Positions 1 to 15,742 of a DNA stretch of 64,000 nucleotides are shown here, piece by piece. The stretch is from Nitrospirota bacterium (lineage in GTDB: Bacteria; Nitrospirota; Thermodesulfovibrionia; Thermodesulfovibrionales; JdFR-86): the NCBI GenBank assembly GCA_963721805.1, contig CAVRJY010000001.1:1344001-1408000 (forward strand), written 5' to 3'. Below the pieces are notes generated by a model. The model was not told the DNA's origin. It saw only the letters and a list, made by a program, of their open reading frames with translations, and did no database searches. Position numbers and translations under genes: made by a program. How positions within the stretch are numbered: position 1 is the stretch's first letter; every line of letters begins with the position of its first letter.

Positions 1-9
1 CCGATAAGG

Positions 10-1435
10 CTACCGGCCGAAGAACCTGAAGCCTTTTTTCACCGGTTCCTCTTTGTTTTTTTCCTTGAACTCCAGGACGGTGGCCGCGACGGCCCTCATC
101 GCCTGTTCGGAGCGCTTTAAGGTCTCGACGATCACGTCCTGACGCTTCCTGGATTCCTGCAGCTCGGCTAGCACCTGCTCGAGCAACTTCGCGTTTGCAT
201 CGCCTGACTTGCGCACCGCGAGCGTGAGCGATTCGTCGTATGCCGGCGCCGGGGCAGTCGAGGGCTGGTTCATGGCGTTGGCCTGCACGGCCGAGGCCAT
301 CTCGCGCACCGAGGTTGTCACCTCGGCTATCGCGCCGAGGATGCTTGCCATGTTCTCCTCAGAGAGCACCGGCACGGTTACGACCTGCGGGACCATGACG
401 GCCTCGACGGGCTGTGTCGGAGCAGGCGCAATGCCGCTGATCGGGCTTGTGGGTTTGATGGGTTCCTCGGGGGCCGGGGCTTCGGTCTCAAGGTATGCCT
501 CGGCAGGGCCGGGGCTTGGCCATGCGTGGGGCTCTTCATGTGCGGGAGCCTCGGATACTGCGGCTCCGCCAAAGCCGCCAGCGGGCTCGAGCATGTGAGT
601 CAGCGACGATGAATCAAACGGGGCCGGCCTCAACGGGTTCAGGGGCTGTCTTAGCGGGCTTAGCGCCTGCTGACGGCTCCATCAGGTCCTGCCATGAGAC
701 CGGCGGCTCTTCCGGCTCGGCCGCTGAAAAGGTCGGAAGGGTGTCCTCGTCCTTTGTCCAGGAGACGATCGAGACGGTGTCGCCGCGCTGCGGCGCCGAG
801 GCCGCCACGGTCTCCGGCACCTGCTCGTCAGAGGAATCTATCGTTACGTTGTGTTTCTTCGATATGTACTTAAGCAGCAGCTTCGTAACCAGCTTGAAGG
901 TCTCGTCCACGCCCGTGCCGTTGATGGCCGCGCCGTTGACGACCGGATAGCCGGCGGCGTTGAGGTCCGAGTTGAGCTCTTCCGGGGAGAGGATGTTTTT
1001 CAGGTCGCGCTTGTTGTACTGGAGCACGACCGGGATCTCGTCGGGGTTGATGTTGTTCGAGACGAGGTTTTCGCGCATGTTGCGGAAGCTCTCGATGTTC
1101 TGCTCCCGCATCGCGGTCTGCGAGTCGGCCACGAAGACCACGGCGTCCGCGCCCTTCAGGACGAGCTTGCGCGTGGCGTTATACCTCACCTGGCCCGGCA
1201 CGGTGTAGAGCTGAAACCGGATCGTGAAGTCCTTGATCTTCCCGAGCGCCACGGGCAGGAAGTCGAAAAACAGCGTGCGGTCGGCCTCGGTCGAGAGCGA
1301 GAGGAGCTTGCCCTTGCGCTCCGGGGACATCGTGGCGTGCAGGCGCTGGAGGTTGGTGGTCTTGCCCGAGAGGCCGGGGCCGTAGTATACGACTTTTAGG
1401 GTGATTTCCTTGGATGCGTAATTAAATAGTGCCAT
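10..1435 (-). CDS. mglA: MglA-family small GTPase with long Pro/Ala/Glu-rich and coiled-coil C-terminal extension (one frameshift near 625)
   Basis: ORF 614..1435 has MglA motifs YYGPGLSGKTTN, DRTLFFDF, YTVPGQ and NKRD. Removing one base near 625-630 joins it to ORF 10..633. Confidence 0.85.
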
Positions 1436-1441
1436 ATAGTT

Positions 1442-2816
1442 TCAAATTATAGCATAAACGGCGTTTCGCGTCCGGCGTTTTACGCTGTACATGGCCTCGT
1501 CTGCGAGCTTCAGGAGCGCCTCCTTGGACTTGGAGCTTTCCGGGTAGGCGGCGACGCCGAAGCTCGCGGTTATCCTGAGGCGCGAGCCCCTCGGAGCGCA
1601 TGAACGTGTGCGACTCTATCGACTTGCGGATCCTCTCGGCTATGAGCATCGCGTTATGCAGCGTGGTCTGCGGCAGGACGATCACGAACTCGTCGCCGCC
1701 GTAGCGGGCGATGATGTCTATGGTGCGCAGCAGGTTCATCAGGAGTTCGCCCATCTCGACCAGCACCTTGCTGCCCACGAGATGGCCGAAGTTGTCGTTT
1801 ACGTCCTTGAAGTGGTCGACGTCCATGAATATCAGCGATACCGACGTGGAGTAGCGGTTGCTCCTCAGGATCTCGGTCTCGATGCTGCGGTTGAGGTAGC
1901 GCGAGTTAAACAGGTTCGTCAGGTCGTCGGTCACCACGAGGTCTTCGAGCCGCTGATAGAGGGCTATCTGGTCTATGGCGGCCGAGGCGTGCGCGATCAG
2001 GCGCTTAAATAGCGTGAAATCCTCTTCGTCTGAACGGCTCGCCTCCGGGCTTGTTCATGAGTTCGACCACGGCCGTCGTGCATTTGTTGCCCGACTTGAT
2101 CGGCGCGGCCATGAGCGTGCGGACCTTCCTTCGGTCCGAGGCGTCTATGCGGGCCGAGAAATCGTTTGTCTTCGGCGGCGTCCTGAACGAGTATCGGCTC
2201 GGACTTGCGCGCGACCAGCCCGGCGATGCTCTCGGCCCCCGCGAGCCTGATCCGGGCGGGTTTCTTCGGGTTGCGGTCGCCGAGCCTGTCCATATAGTCT
2301 TCCGGCCCGTTGGGGAGGCAGAACACGGACCATGCCTGAGCCTTGACCGCGGTGCAGAGTTTCCTCGCTATGGCCGAAAGCGCGGCGTGCGTGTCGCGTG
2401 AGGTGGTGAGGAGTCTGTTAATGTCGTCGATAAAGCCGATCTCGCGCCTCGTGCTCGCGTTTTCATCCCTAAGGCGCTTGTTCTCGGCCAGCATGGCGTG
2501 CTCGCTTAGGATCTTTCGGGAAAAGCGCAGCAGCTCGGATGGCGTGGGGTTCTGCAGCATGTAGGTATGCGGCCTCCCGATCCATGCGGAGAGCCCGCGC
2601 GGCCGTCCCTCAGGGCAGAGCACGAGTTTCGGGATATCCGCATAGTGCTTGGGGAGCGATGCCGGGAGCCCGTCGAAGGCGGGCTCCACTATGAGCAGAT
2701 CCGCATCGAGCGGCAGCCCCCGTCCGGGCGGGGCCGCTATCAGGCTCGCATCGAAATCCCTGGCGCCGGAGAGGGCGTCGCGGTATGCCTCCAGGCCCCG
2801 GCCCAGCAGCAGCGCC

Positions 2817-2824
<8 letters not shown>
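1442..2824 (-). CDS. GAF-GGDEF diguanylate cyclase with degenerate N-terminal receiver-like region (three frameshifts near 2160, 2030 and 1580)
   Basis: [28 protein letters not shown] and [14 protein letters not shown] (intact RxxD I-site). The repaired C-terminus reads [24 protein letters not shown] with stop at 1442. ATG at 2824 overlaps the secA stop. Confidence 0.85.
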
Positions 2825-5429
<2,605 letters not shown>

Positions 5430-5478
5430 AGATATTTATGATAAATGCACGGTACATAATATTTCAACGCCGCCATGT

Positions 5479-6534
5479 TCAGACGAAAATCGACGGGTCC
5501 TTTTCAAAGAGCGCCAGGAAGGCATGCGCCACGTCCGGGTCGAACTGAACCCCTGAATAGCGCTCGATCTCCCTCATCGCGTAAAGCACGCCCGGGGCCT
5601 CGCGGTAGGGCCTGCTGGAGGTCATCGCGTCGAAGGAGTCGGCGGCGTGCAGGATGCGGGCCGGAAGCGGGATCTCGTCCCCCTTGAGGCCCTCCGGGTA
5701 TCCCCTGCCGTCGAACCTTTCGTGGTGGTAGCGGACGTAGGGCACTATCCTCCTGAGCTGCTTGATGTTCTGGAGGATCAGCGCGCCCTGCGCCGGGTGC
5801 TTCTTCATGACCTCGAACTCCTCCGGGGTGAGCGGACCCGGTTTCTCCAGAAGGGCGTCGTACGTGCCGATCTTCCCGATGTCGTGCAGCAGGCCGCTTA
5901 AGTGCAGGTCGCGCACGGTCTCCTCCTCAAGGCCCATCGTGCGCGCCACGGTCTCGGTGATGCGGGCCACGCGCTCCGAGTGGCCGCGCGTCCAGGGGCT
6001 CTTGGCGTCCAGCGCCCCGACCATCGCGCGCAGCAAGCTCATGAACATGTCTTCCAGCTCGGCGTATGATTCGCTGATGTCTTCGAGCATGTTAAAGAAA
6101 GCCTCGCGCGAGTCGCGCAGCGCCTTGTCCCTCTTGAGGAGCAGGCCCTCAGTGCGTCCGGCCGCAGTCACGGCCTCGCGCATCGAGCTTACGTCCGTGA
6201 AGGTATGTATCGTTGCCATCGCACCGCCCCGGTCCACAACGGGCGAGGACATCGCGACGCAGAATATCCCGAGTTCCGGGATATGGAAATTTTTGATGTT
6301 ATCTGCGGCGCCGGAGGCGTCCGCAGGATTGCAGGCCGGGCATTTCTCCAGCCTCAGCAGTTCGGTGCAATGCATGCCGGTCGGGTCGTCCCTCAGGCGC
6401 ATCATGGCGGCAAACGCCTCGTTGGCATGCAGGAGCCTGCCGTCCGGGCCGTGGACGAACGCCGGGTTCGGCACGGCGCCCAGGATAGTCCGCCAGTCGG
6501 GGGAGCGGGAATCGGAAGCTGCGGCGTTTGACAT
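5479..6534 (-). CDS. PAS + HD-GYP cyclic dinucleotide phosphodiesterase
   Basis: GHSERVA, LLHDIGKIG, HHERFDGRGYPEGLKG and DSFDAMTSSRPYR, with an N-terminal PAS-like segment. Confidence 0.92.
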   Translation of the reverse strand: MSNAAASDSRSPDWRTILGAVPNPAFVHGPDGRLLHANEAFAAMMRLRDDPTGMHCTELLRLEKCPACNPADASGAADNIKNFHIPELGIFCVAMSSPVVDRGGAMATIHTFTDVSSMREAVTAAGRTEGLLLKRDKALRDSREAFFNMLEDISESYAELEDMFMSLLRAMVGALDAKSPWTRGHSERVARITETVARTMGLEEETVRDLHLSGLLHDIGKIGTYDALLEKPGPLTPEEFEVMKKHPAQGALILQNIKQLRRIVPYVRYHHERFDGRGYPEGLKGDEIPLPARILHAADSFDAMTSSRPYREAPGVLYAMREIERYSGVQFDPDVAHAFLALFEKDPSIFV

Positions 6535-6538
6535 GAAT

Positions 6539-7516
6539 TTAAAGGTCCAGCGGGCCGGTCTTGAGCATCTCGATCTCGTGCTCGAGTTCGGCGTTGCGCT
6601 TCTTGAGCTCGCGCATCTTAAGCTCGCGGCCGATGACCATGTTATAGAAGCGCTCGAGCTCCTCGACGCGTTCCTTCAGCTCCTTGTCGGAGCGCATGAG
6701 TTCCTTCTGCACTGTCATCAGGTCCGTGACGTCCGAGACCGTGACCACTATCTTCTCGAGCGCGCCCTGGGGGTCCTGTATCGGGTACTCGCTCATGTAC
6801 AGCCAGCGGTTGCGGGCGTCGAGCCACGAGTGCGAGACGGGCCTGCCCTCGGAGAGCTGTACAAGGTGCTTGGCGCGGTCCTTGGGCGCTATCTGCAGCA
6901 GCTCGGCGAGGTCCTTGCCCACGAGCGCCACGGGCTGCTTTTCCATGAACGCGCCGAAGCTCTGGTTGCAGCGCAGGATCCTGTAACGGTCGTCCGTGAG
7001 GATGATGAACTCCGAGACGGAATTAAAGGTGATCTCCCACTCAGCCTTCGCGTGCGAGACCTCCTCGAAGAGCTGAGTGAGGGTGCGTTCGAACTCCTTC
7101 TGCTTCGTGATGTCGCGGATAATGAGCAGAACCTCGCCGGGGCTGCACCTGCTGCACCTGAATTCGAAGAACTTGACGTTTCCGGTCTCCGCGGCGACCT
7201 CGACCTCCGAGACGTAAGCGTTATGAGACCTCATCGCCTCGCGGACGGCCTCCATCGCGAGACCGGCGATCTCGGGCGGGAACCCGTCGTCGAGCCTTGC
7301 GCAGTCCGTGCGCGCAGTGGAGAGGAACATGCCGCTTTGGTCCTGGCCGTGGCATTCGAGTATGGCCCCGCCTTCGGAGATGACGCACATGACGTCCGGG
7401 AGCGCGTCGAGCAGCGCCCGCATCCGCGCTTCGCTGCCGCACGAAGCGTCGTTCGCGCCCCCCTCATTTGAGGCTTCCGCTCTGAACGGATCGTCCATGT
7501 GCCCCTTGGCTTTCAT
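6539..7516 (-). CDS. Tandem PAS-domain protein with C-terminal coiled coil and no output domain (start uncertain, 7516 or 7498)
   Basis: ALLDALPDVMCVI..IIRDITKQK and WEITFNSVSEFIILTD..VSDVTD are PAS signatures. The tail reads ELERFYNMVIGRELKMRELKK. Confidence 0.8.
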   Translation of the reverse strand: MKAKGHMDDPFRAEASNEGGANDASCGSEARMRALLDALPDVMCVISEGGAILECHGQDQSGMFLSTARTDCARLDDGFPPEIAGLAMEAVREAMRSHNAYVSEVEVAAETGNVKFFEFRCSRCSPGEVLLIIRDITKQKEFERTLTQLFEEVSHAKAEWEITFNSVSEFIILTDDRYRILRCNQSFGAFMEKQPVALVGKDLAELLQIAPKDRAKHLVQLSEGRPVSHSWLDARNRWLYMSEYPIQDPQGALEKIVVTVSDVTDLMTVQKELMRSDKELKERVEELERFYNMVIGRELKMRELKKRNAELEHEIEMLKTGPLDL

Positions 7517-7567
7517 ATGCACTGTGACCTCTAATATATCACAGAAATCCCCGCCGTGACGAAACCC

Positions 7568-7597
7568 TTGCAATATTGCGTTTTCATGTGTGATAAT
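7568..7597 (+). promoter_or_regulatory. Putative sigma70 promoter of tkt
   Basis: TTGCAA (7568)-N18-GATAAT with TG at the extended -10 position. GGGGAGGA RBS precedes ATG 7649. Confidence 0.4.
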
Positions 7598-7648
7598 CAA
7601 TCGCTTTCCGCTCGAAATACCTGTTATATATCTATTTGGGGAGGACTC

Positions 7649-9640
<1,992 letters not shown>

Positions 9641-9648
9641 CCTTATCG

Positions 9649-9678
9649 CGGGAGGGGCGAAAGACTTCGCCCCTCCCG
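9649..9678 (+). terminator. GC-rich hairpin after tkt
   Basis: Perfect 13-bp stem cgggaggggcgaa-agac-ttcgcccctcccg, with a weak U-tract. Confidence 0.6.
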
Positions 9679-9764
9679 TATGCTTAATGCCTGCCAGCCA
9701 CACTGCCGTATATACGAAATACCTTTACATTCATTCAGCCGGTATGTAACAATTTACCAAACAT

Positions 9765-10376
9765 ATGGACTTGGCCAAGATACGCAAAAAGCACAAAAAG
9801 GCCCCGGCCGTAAAGGAGAAGGCCGGTATTCCCGCGCCCGCCGCGGAGGAGCCGGCCGTGCCGCCCGTGTCCCCCAATGTACCGGTCGAGGCAGCGCCGC
9901 CGCCCGTCGGGGCATCCGAGATGCTGCCCCAAACAGCCGGGCCGGCGGACGAGGCGCTCCTGGAGTTCGTGATTTTCTCTGTGGGCGGCGAGAGGTTCGC
10001 CGTAAGGGTGGAGGACATAGTCGAGATAGTGCGCAACCAGGTTATAACGGCGGTTCCCCGGACCCATGATTTCGTGCTCGGCGTCACATCCCTCGGGGGG
10101 AAGATCATCCCGGTGATCGACCCGGCGCTGAGGCTGGGGATCCCCGGCAGCCCGGAGCAGGCGGCAAAGAAAAAACTGGTCATACTGCGGGGCCCCAAGG
10201 GCCCGGCCGGTATCATCCTCAGCGGTGCGATGGACGTCATCACGCTTCACCCCTCGATGCTGCTTGAGCCCCCGCCGCACCTCGATGCCGCGGGCAAGGT
10301 CTACGCCGGAGCGGTGCTGAAAACCGCCCACGGGTTCGTCTCGGTCATAAGCCTCGGGGAATTCCTCGATTTCTGA
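9765..10376 (+). CDS. cheW: Chemotaxis coupling protein CheW with Pro/Ala-rich N-terminus
   Basis: EFVIFSVGGERFAVRVEDIVEI..ITAVPRTHDFVLGVTSLGGKIIPVID. Confidence 0.88.
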   Translation: MDLAKIRKKHKKAPAVKEKAGIPAPAAEEPAVPPVSPNVPVEAAPPPVGASEMLPQTAGPADEALLEFVIFSVGGERFAVRVEDIVEIVRNQVITAVPRTHDFVLGVTSLGGKIIPVIDPALRLGIPGSPEQAAKKKLVILRGPKGPAGIILSGAMDVITLHPSMLLEPPPHLDAAGKVYAGAVLKTAHGFVSVISLGEFLDF

Positions 10377-10388
10377 TATGGAGGGGTA

Positions 10389-13245
10389 ATGAAACAAAAA
10401 CTCGAACTGAAGGTCGTCGGCCTGTGCTTCGTCATACTCGTGGCCGGGGTCGCGGCCATCTGCCTCTCGGTCATCAACAAGGAGAAAAGCGGGATAAACG
10501 AGGTCTCGAGCCGCAGGGTGCAGGACACCGCGAAGGTCATCACGCAGGCCCTGGAGATCACGATGCTCGAAGGCAGGGCCGAGGTCACGAAGGAGCTGTC
10601 GGAGAACCTGAAGTTCGCAAGCGGCTTCGAGGGCATAGAGGTCCTGAACTGGGAGGGCCGCGAGGCGTTCAAGCCCAAGGCCCCGACGCTCGAACTCGCA
10701 GCGATTGACAGGCTCGGCCGCGACCGCGACGGCTTCACCGTTGCGGACAAGCAGTCGCTCAAGGTATACATGCCGCTTCAGAACAAGCAGAGCTGCAAGG
10801 CCTGCCACAGCAAGGAGACTTCCGACCTGCTCGGCGCGGTCAAGGTCTCTGTCTCGCTCGAAAAGGAATACGACAGCATCAACTCCTTCATCTTCTATCT
10901 CGTGGTCGGCTGCATCGTGGGCGTGCTGTTCATAGGCGGCCTGATGTGGCTCATCATGAGCAGGATCGTCATCCAGCCGATCAAGGCCCTGGAGCTCGCG
11001 GCAGGGCGCATGGCCATCGGGGACCTTTCGTTCCGCACAGGCATCACCTCCGTGGACGAACTCGGCCGCCTGAACTCCTCTATCGAGAGCGCGCTTAACT
11101 CCGTGGGCGGCATCCTCAGGCGCGTCAAGGACGTCTCGTCGCGCATCGCGCGCGCCACAGATATTGTCGAGCAGGACTCCAACAAGGTCGCCGAACGCAC
11201 GATTGTCGAAGGCGAGGCGGTATCTGAGATCTCGAGCTACGTCGAGGAGCTTAACGCCGCCATTGCCGAGATAGCCGAAAACACCGAGGGGCTGGCCAAG
11301 TCCGTCGAGGTCACGGCCTCCTCTATCGAGGAGATGTCGGCGAGCATCACCGAGATAACCAACCTCACGCACGACGTATCGGAGGGCGTGGACTCGACGT
11401 CTTCGTCCATCGAGCAGCTCTCGGCAGCTATAAAGCAAGTCGCCGAGAGCGCCGGGGATTTCACTAAGGTAGCCGACGACACGATGTCAGCGGTCGATGA
11501 GATCATGGCCTCGGTGCGCGAGGTCGAGCACCGCGCCAAGGAGTCCGCCTCGATGTCCCAGAAGGTCATGAACGACGCGATGGGCTCGGGGATGAAATCC
11601 GTAAACATGGCCATCGAGGGCATGGAGAACATCCGCGGCTCGGTGACCAAGGCCGGCAACGCCATAGAGAAACTCGGCACGCGCTCCGAGGAGATCGGCT
11701 CGATCATCAACCTGATAGACGAGATCGCGGACCAGACGACGCTCCTGGCCCTTAACGCTGCCATCCTCGCGGCGCAGGCCGGGGAGCACGGCAAGGGCTT
11801 CTCCGTCGTGGCCAACGAGATCAAGGACCTGGCCGAGCGCACCGCGTTCTCCACAAAGGAGATCGACGGCCTGATACAGGCCGTGCGCAAGGAAGTTACG
11901 GACGCGGTAGTGGCGATGGACGAAGGCATAACGTCGGTGGAGGAAGGCATAAAGCGCTCCAAGGACGTATCCTCGACCTTCAGGATGATACTGGACAGCT
12001 CGAAGATCTCTGCCGAGATGTCCGCGCAGATCGAGCGCACGACGGAAGAACAGTCGCGCTCCGCGATGTACGTCTCCGAGGCGATGGAGAACGTCCGCAC
12101 GATGGTCGGGGAGATAGCCAAGGCGACCGCCGAGCAGTCAAAGGGCGTGGGCCTGATCATGGCCGCGACCGAGAGGATCCGCGACGCCTCGCGGCAGGCT
12201 GACAACGCCACCCGGCAGCAGGCCGAGGGGAGCCGCCACGTATCGTTCGAGATCGAGCGCATATCCGACCGCAGCAGGCAGATATCGCGCGCCATCCGCG
12301 AGCAGCGCACCGGGGCCAACCAGATATGGCTCTCGATAGAGAGGATTAAAGAGCTGCCCAAGGACAACAGGGAACTCTCGTTCCGCATAAACCGCTCTGT
12401 GCAGAAGCTGCTGAAAGACTCGGAGCTTGTGCTGACCGAGCTCGAGCGCTTCAGGTTCCAGAGCGCGGCCGAGTCCGACGTCATAGGGTTCGGAGTGGTG
12501 CCGTTCGAGGCCCCAGCCGAGATTATACAGGCGGTTTACCCCGCTCGTGGAGTACCTCAGCAGGGTGACGGGACACCGCTTCGAGCTTCGCGTACCCCTG
12601 GATTTCGAGAGCGTGGGCAGGGACATGCTCAGCGGCGAGACCCAGCTTTGCTATATGACGCCGGTAGTATACGTCAAGGCCCGGCAGGGCGCCAACATCA
12701 AGCCGCTGGCGAAGTCGCTGCTCGACGGCAAGGGCGTGATGCGTTCGGTGATAGTGGCGCCGGAGGGCACGGACCTCAAGGGCCTCCGCGATCTGGCCGG
12801 CCGCTCCATGGCCTTCGTGGACGAGGACTCCGCGACCGGCTTCATCATGCCTGTCTCGATGCTCATTGACGAGGGCGTCAGCCTGAAGGACCTCTCGAGG
12901 CAGGACTTCCTCGGCACGCACGACGACGTTATGAAGGCCGTGGTGAAGGGCGACTTCGACGCCGGGGCGGTGATGGAGAGCGCGGCGCTCAGGTATAAAG
13001 ACCGCGGCATAAAGATCCTGGCCGTATCACGCGACATGCCCGCCTTCAACATCAGCGCATCCCCGGCCGTGTCGGAGGAGCTCAGGGAAGCCGTCAAAAA
13101 CGCGGTCATGATGCTCAAGGACGATAACCCGGAGGGCCTCAGGGTGCTCCGCGGCATCGACAGGACGCTCAATGGCTTTGCGCCCGTTTCCGACGACGAA
13201 TACGAAGGGGTTCGCGAGGTTTTGGAGAAGGTGAAAAGGGCATGA
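10389..13245 (+). CDS. Methyl-accepting chemotaxis protein with periplasmic CxxCH sensor, HAMP, and C-terminal PhnD/phosphonate-binding-like domain (one frameshift near 12523)
   Basis: Two TM helices, SCKACH, HAMP (DELGRL) and IADQTTLLALNAAILAAQAGEHGKGFSVVANEIKDLA. GFGVVPFEAPAE continues, after removing one base, into YRRFTPLVEYLS..SATGFIMP..GTHDDVMKAVVKGDFDAG. Confidence 0.85.
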
Positions 13246-15272
13246 CGCGCGTCCGCTCCACAGCGTTCGACTTCATGGCCGCGGTCGTGATCACGCTCGT
13301 GATAGGGCAGCTTGTCCTTGCCATTTGGTTCCTGATCTATGAAAAGGAGACCTACAGGAAGGCGCGCGAGACGAGTTCCGCTATGGAGGCGAAGTTTCTG
13401 GCTGAATACTCGGCCGAGTACCTCAGCAGCGGCGAGCGCTCAAGCCTCGACAGCTTCGTAGCCACCCTGAGGGCCGACAGCGATATCCTCTCGATCCAGA
13501 TCAGGCGCTCAGACGGCCTCGTGGTGCTCAGCGAAAGGCTCGGCGAGGAGCAGGAACCAAGCTCGCTCGCCCCGTTTTATATCCCCACGCGCAACTCCGT
13601 GCACGCCCCGATACGTTCCGGCGGAGCGGTCACCGGAGAGGTCGAGCTCGAATACAGCGGCGCGTCCGTAAACGGGCAGATCAAGCGGCTGATGACGATG
13701 TTCCCGTCTGCTGCAGGGCGTCGTCTTCCTGCTGGCCGCCGCCGTCATATACATCCTGTTTCGCGTTCAGATCAGCAGGCCGCTCAGGCAGCTGGGGCAC
13801 GATATCTCGCGGATAAACGACGGCGACCTGACGGTCGCGATCCCGCAGGACTACGCGCTGGAGATCGCCGTCGTGGCCAAGGGCATGCAGACGCTCGTCG
13901 ACCGGTTCTCATACGCTGTATCGCGGCTGGACGCGGCCTCTGACAAGGTCTCCCGCACCTCCAGAAGGGTGCTCGCCTCCACCCGCACCCTGGCCGAGTC
14001 CGCCCAGAGGCAGAACGAGACTACCGAGGCGATGGCGATGATACTCAAGGGGGCGACCGAGACCCACAGGCAGCTTATCAGCATCACGGAGGACGTCGCG
14101 GCCCTTTCGTCCGAGAACGTCTCGTCGTTGCTGGAGGTCAAGGCGATGGGCGACGAGATAGTCACCGGCATGGAGACCCTTTTCAGGGCCACCGAGATAT
14201 CGCTTTCGAACGTGGCCCAGATGACGCAGACATCAAAGACCATGGCGGCGGGCTCTGGCGAGGCCCTCGAACGGGTCGAGAGCATATCCGCCTCCGTCGA
14301 GGAGGTCACGGCATCGGTCAAGGAGGTGGAGCGAAACGCCAGGAGCTCGGCCGAGCTTGCCGAAGCGGTCCGCTCCTCCGCGGCCAAGGAGGGCGTCGAG
14401 GTCGTGGCCGTCGCTATCGAGGGCATGGGCAGGATCAGCAATGTCGTATCGATCACGGTCGATCAGGTAAAGCGGCTGCACGACAGTTCGCTGGACATAC
14501 AGCGGATACTCTCGGTCATCCGCGAGATAACCGAACAGACGAACCTGCTGAGCCTCAACGCCTCTATCCTGGCCGAGAAGGCCGGAGAGCACGGCAAGGG
14601 GTTTTCGGTCGTCGCCGAGGAGATGCGCTCGCTGAGCGGCCGCACGGCCTCTTACACGAGGGAGATCTCCGGCATCGTCAAGTCCATCCTGGGCGGGATA
14701 GAGGACACGGTCGAGATGATAAACGCCAGCGCCAAGATGGTCGGCGCCGAGAGCGATAAGGTCTATAACGTCGGCGAGACCGTAAGCGGCATACTCGAGG
14801 CCGCGCATAATTCCGCTTCGATGGCCCAAAGCATCGAGCATGCCACGGTGGAGCAGGCCAGGGCGCCTGCAGCTCGTCGCCAATTCGATGCTCGACGTAA
14901 ACCTCATGGCCATGCAGATGAAAAAAGCCATGGACGAGCAGATGACCGCGACCTCGCAGGTGCTGGAGCAGGTCGGCGAGGTCAGGGAGATCGCCGACAG
15001 CACCAAGAGGGGCGTAAACGAGCAGGACTCCGGCATCCGCGACATCGCCAAGAACATGGAGTCCGCCAACGAGATGGTATCGAACGTCAAGGGCTCGATC
15101 CTCACAGCAGCAGAGGATCACCGAGGAGATCGGTATATCGCTCAGCGACATGCACTCCACCGGTCTTGGCAGCATCAAGGACATCGAGAACCTGACCGAG
15201 GCTCTCGAGAACCTCCAGCGCGACATCGCGCAGATCAGGGCCGAGATGGGCTCGCTCCGCGGAAGGCCATGA
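13242..15272 (+). CDS. Second methyl-accepting chemotaxis protein (three frameshifts near 13707, 14863 and 15098)
   Basis: N-terminal TM, repaired second TM and HAMP, and ITEQTNLLSLNASILAEKAGEHGKGFSVVAEEMRSLS. The repaired end ..GSLRGRP* overlaps the cheW ATG. Confidence 0.85.
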
Positions 15273-15742
15273 GGCAGTTTCTGATCTTCACGGTCTCGGG
15301 GGCGGCGTTCGGGCTTGCGGTCGAGCGTGCGGTCGAGATCTGCCGCGCCGGCGCCGTGCAACCCGTGCCTGACATGCCTGATTACATCGCCGGCATCCTG
15401 ACGCTCAGGCGCGAGGTCATCCCGATCATAGACATGCGTGGCCGCTTCGGGCTCCCGCGGCTGGCGTCCTCAAAAAAGCTCAGGATCGTTATGGTCCGTT
15501 ACCGAAACGAGTTAAACGGCCTGCTGGTCGACACGGTCGAGGGCATAGTGAAGCTCCAGGACGAGCAGGTAGCGCCCTCTCCGGCGGTCTTCATGGGGCT
15601 CAAGGCTGATTTCATCGAGGGCCTGTACAGGGAGACCGGCCGCGTGGTGATAATCCTCAGGCTCGACGCCCTGCTGACCTCCGGCGAGAGAATAACCCTC
15701 GATGAGACCCGCATGCGGCACCCGCAGGGGGATGCTGCATGA
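15269..15742 (+). CDS. cheW: Chemotaxis coupling protein CheW
   Basis: MRQFLIFTVSGAAFGLAVERAVEI..VPDMPDYIAGILTLRREVIPIIDMRGRF..GLLVDTVEGI. Confidence 0.9.
   Translation: MRQFLIFTVSGAAFGLAVERAVEICRAGAVQPVPDMPDYIAGILTLRREVIPIIDMRGRFGLPRLASSKKLRIVMVRYRNELNGLLVDTVEGIVKLQDEQVAPSPAVFMGLKADFIEGLYRETGRVVIILRLDALLTSGERITLDETRMRHPQGDAA

Noticed and set aside
5762..7471. 569-aa plus-strand ORF, and similar long antisense ORFs (9735..11438, 11237..12484, 32898..33938, 59474..60427)
   Set aside because: They fully overlap well-supported genes on the other strand and have shadow-like composition.
7522..7544. ctgtga-N11-tcacag dyad resembling a CRP site
   Set aside because: The spacer is 11 bp rather than 6, and there is no second copy to support another regulator.
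12547..13245. Separate phosphonate ABC transporter binding protein gene (phnD)
   Set aside because: It has no signal peptide and no permease or ATPase genes, and the domain begins inside the MCP frame.
14840..15742. Apparent MCP-CheW fusion in the ORF track
   Set aside because: It results from frameshifts. The repaired MCP stops at 15272 and cheW has its own overlapping ATG at 15269.
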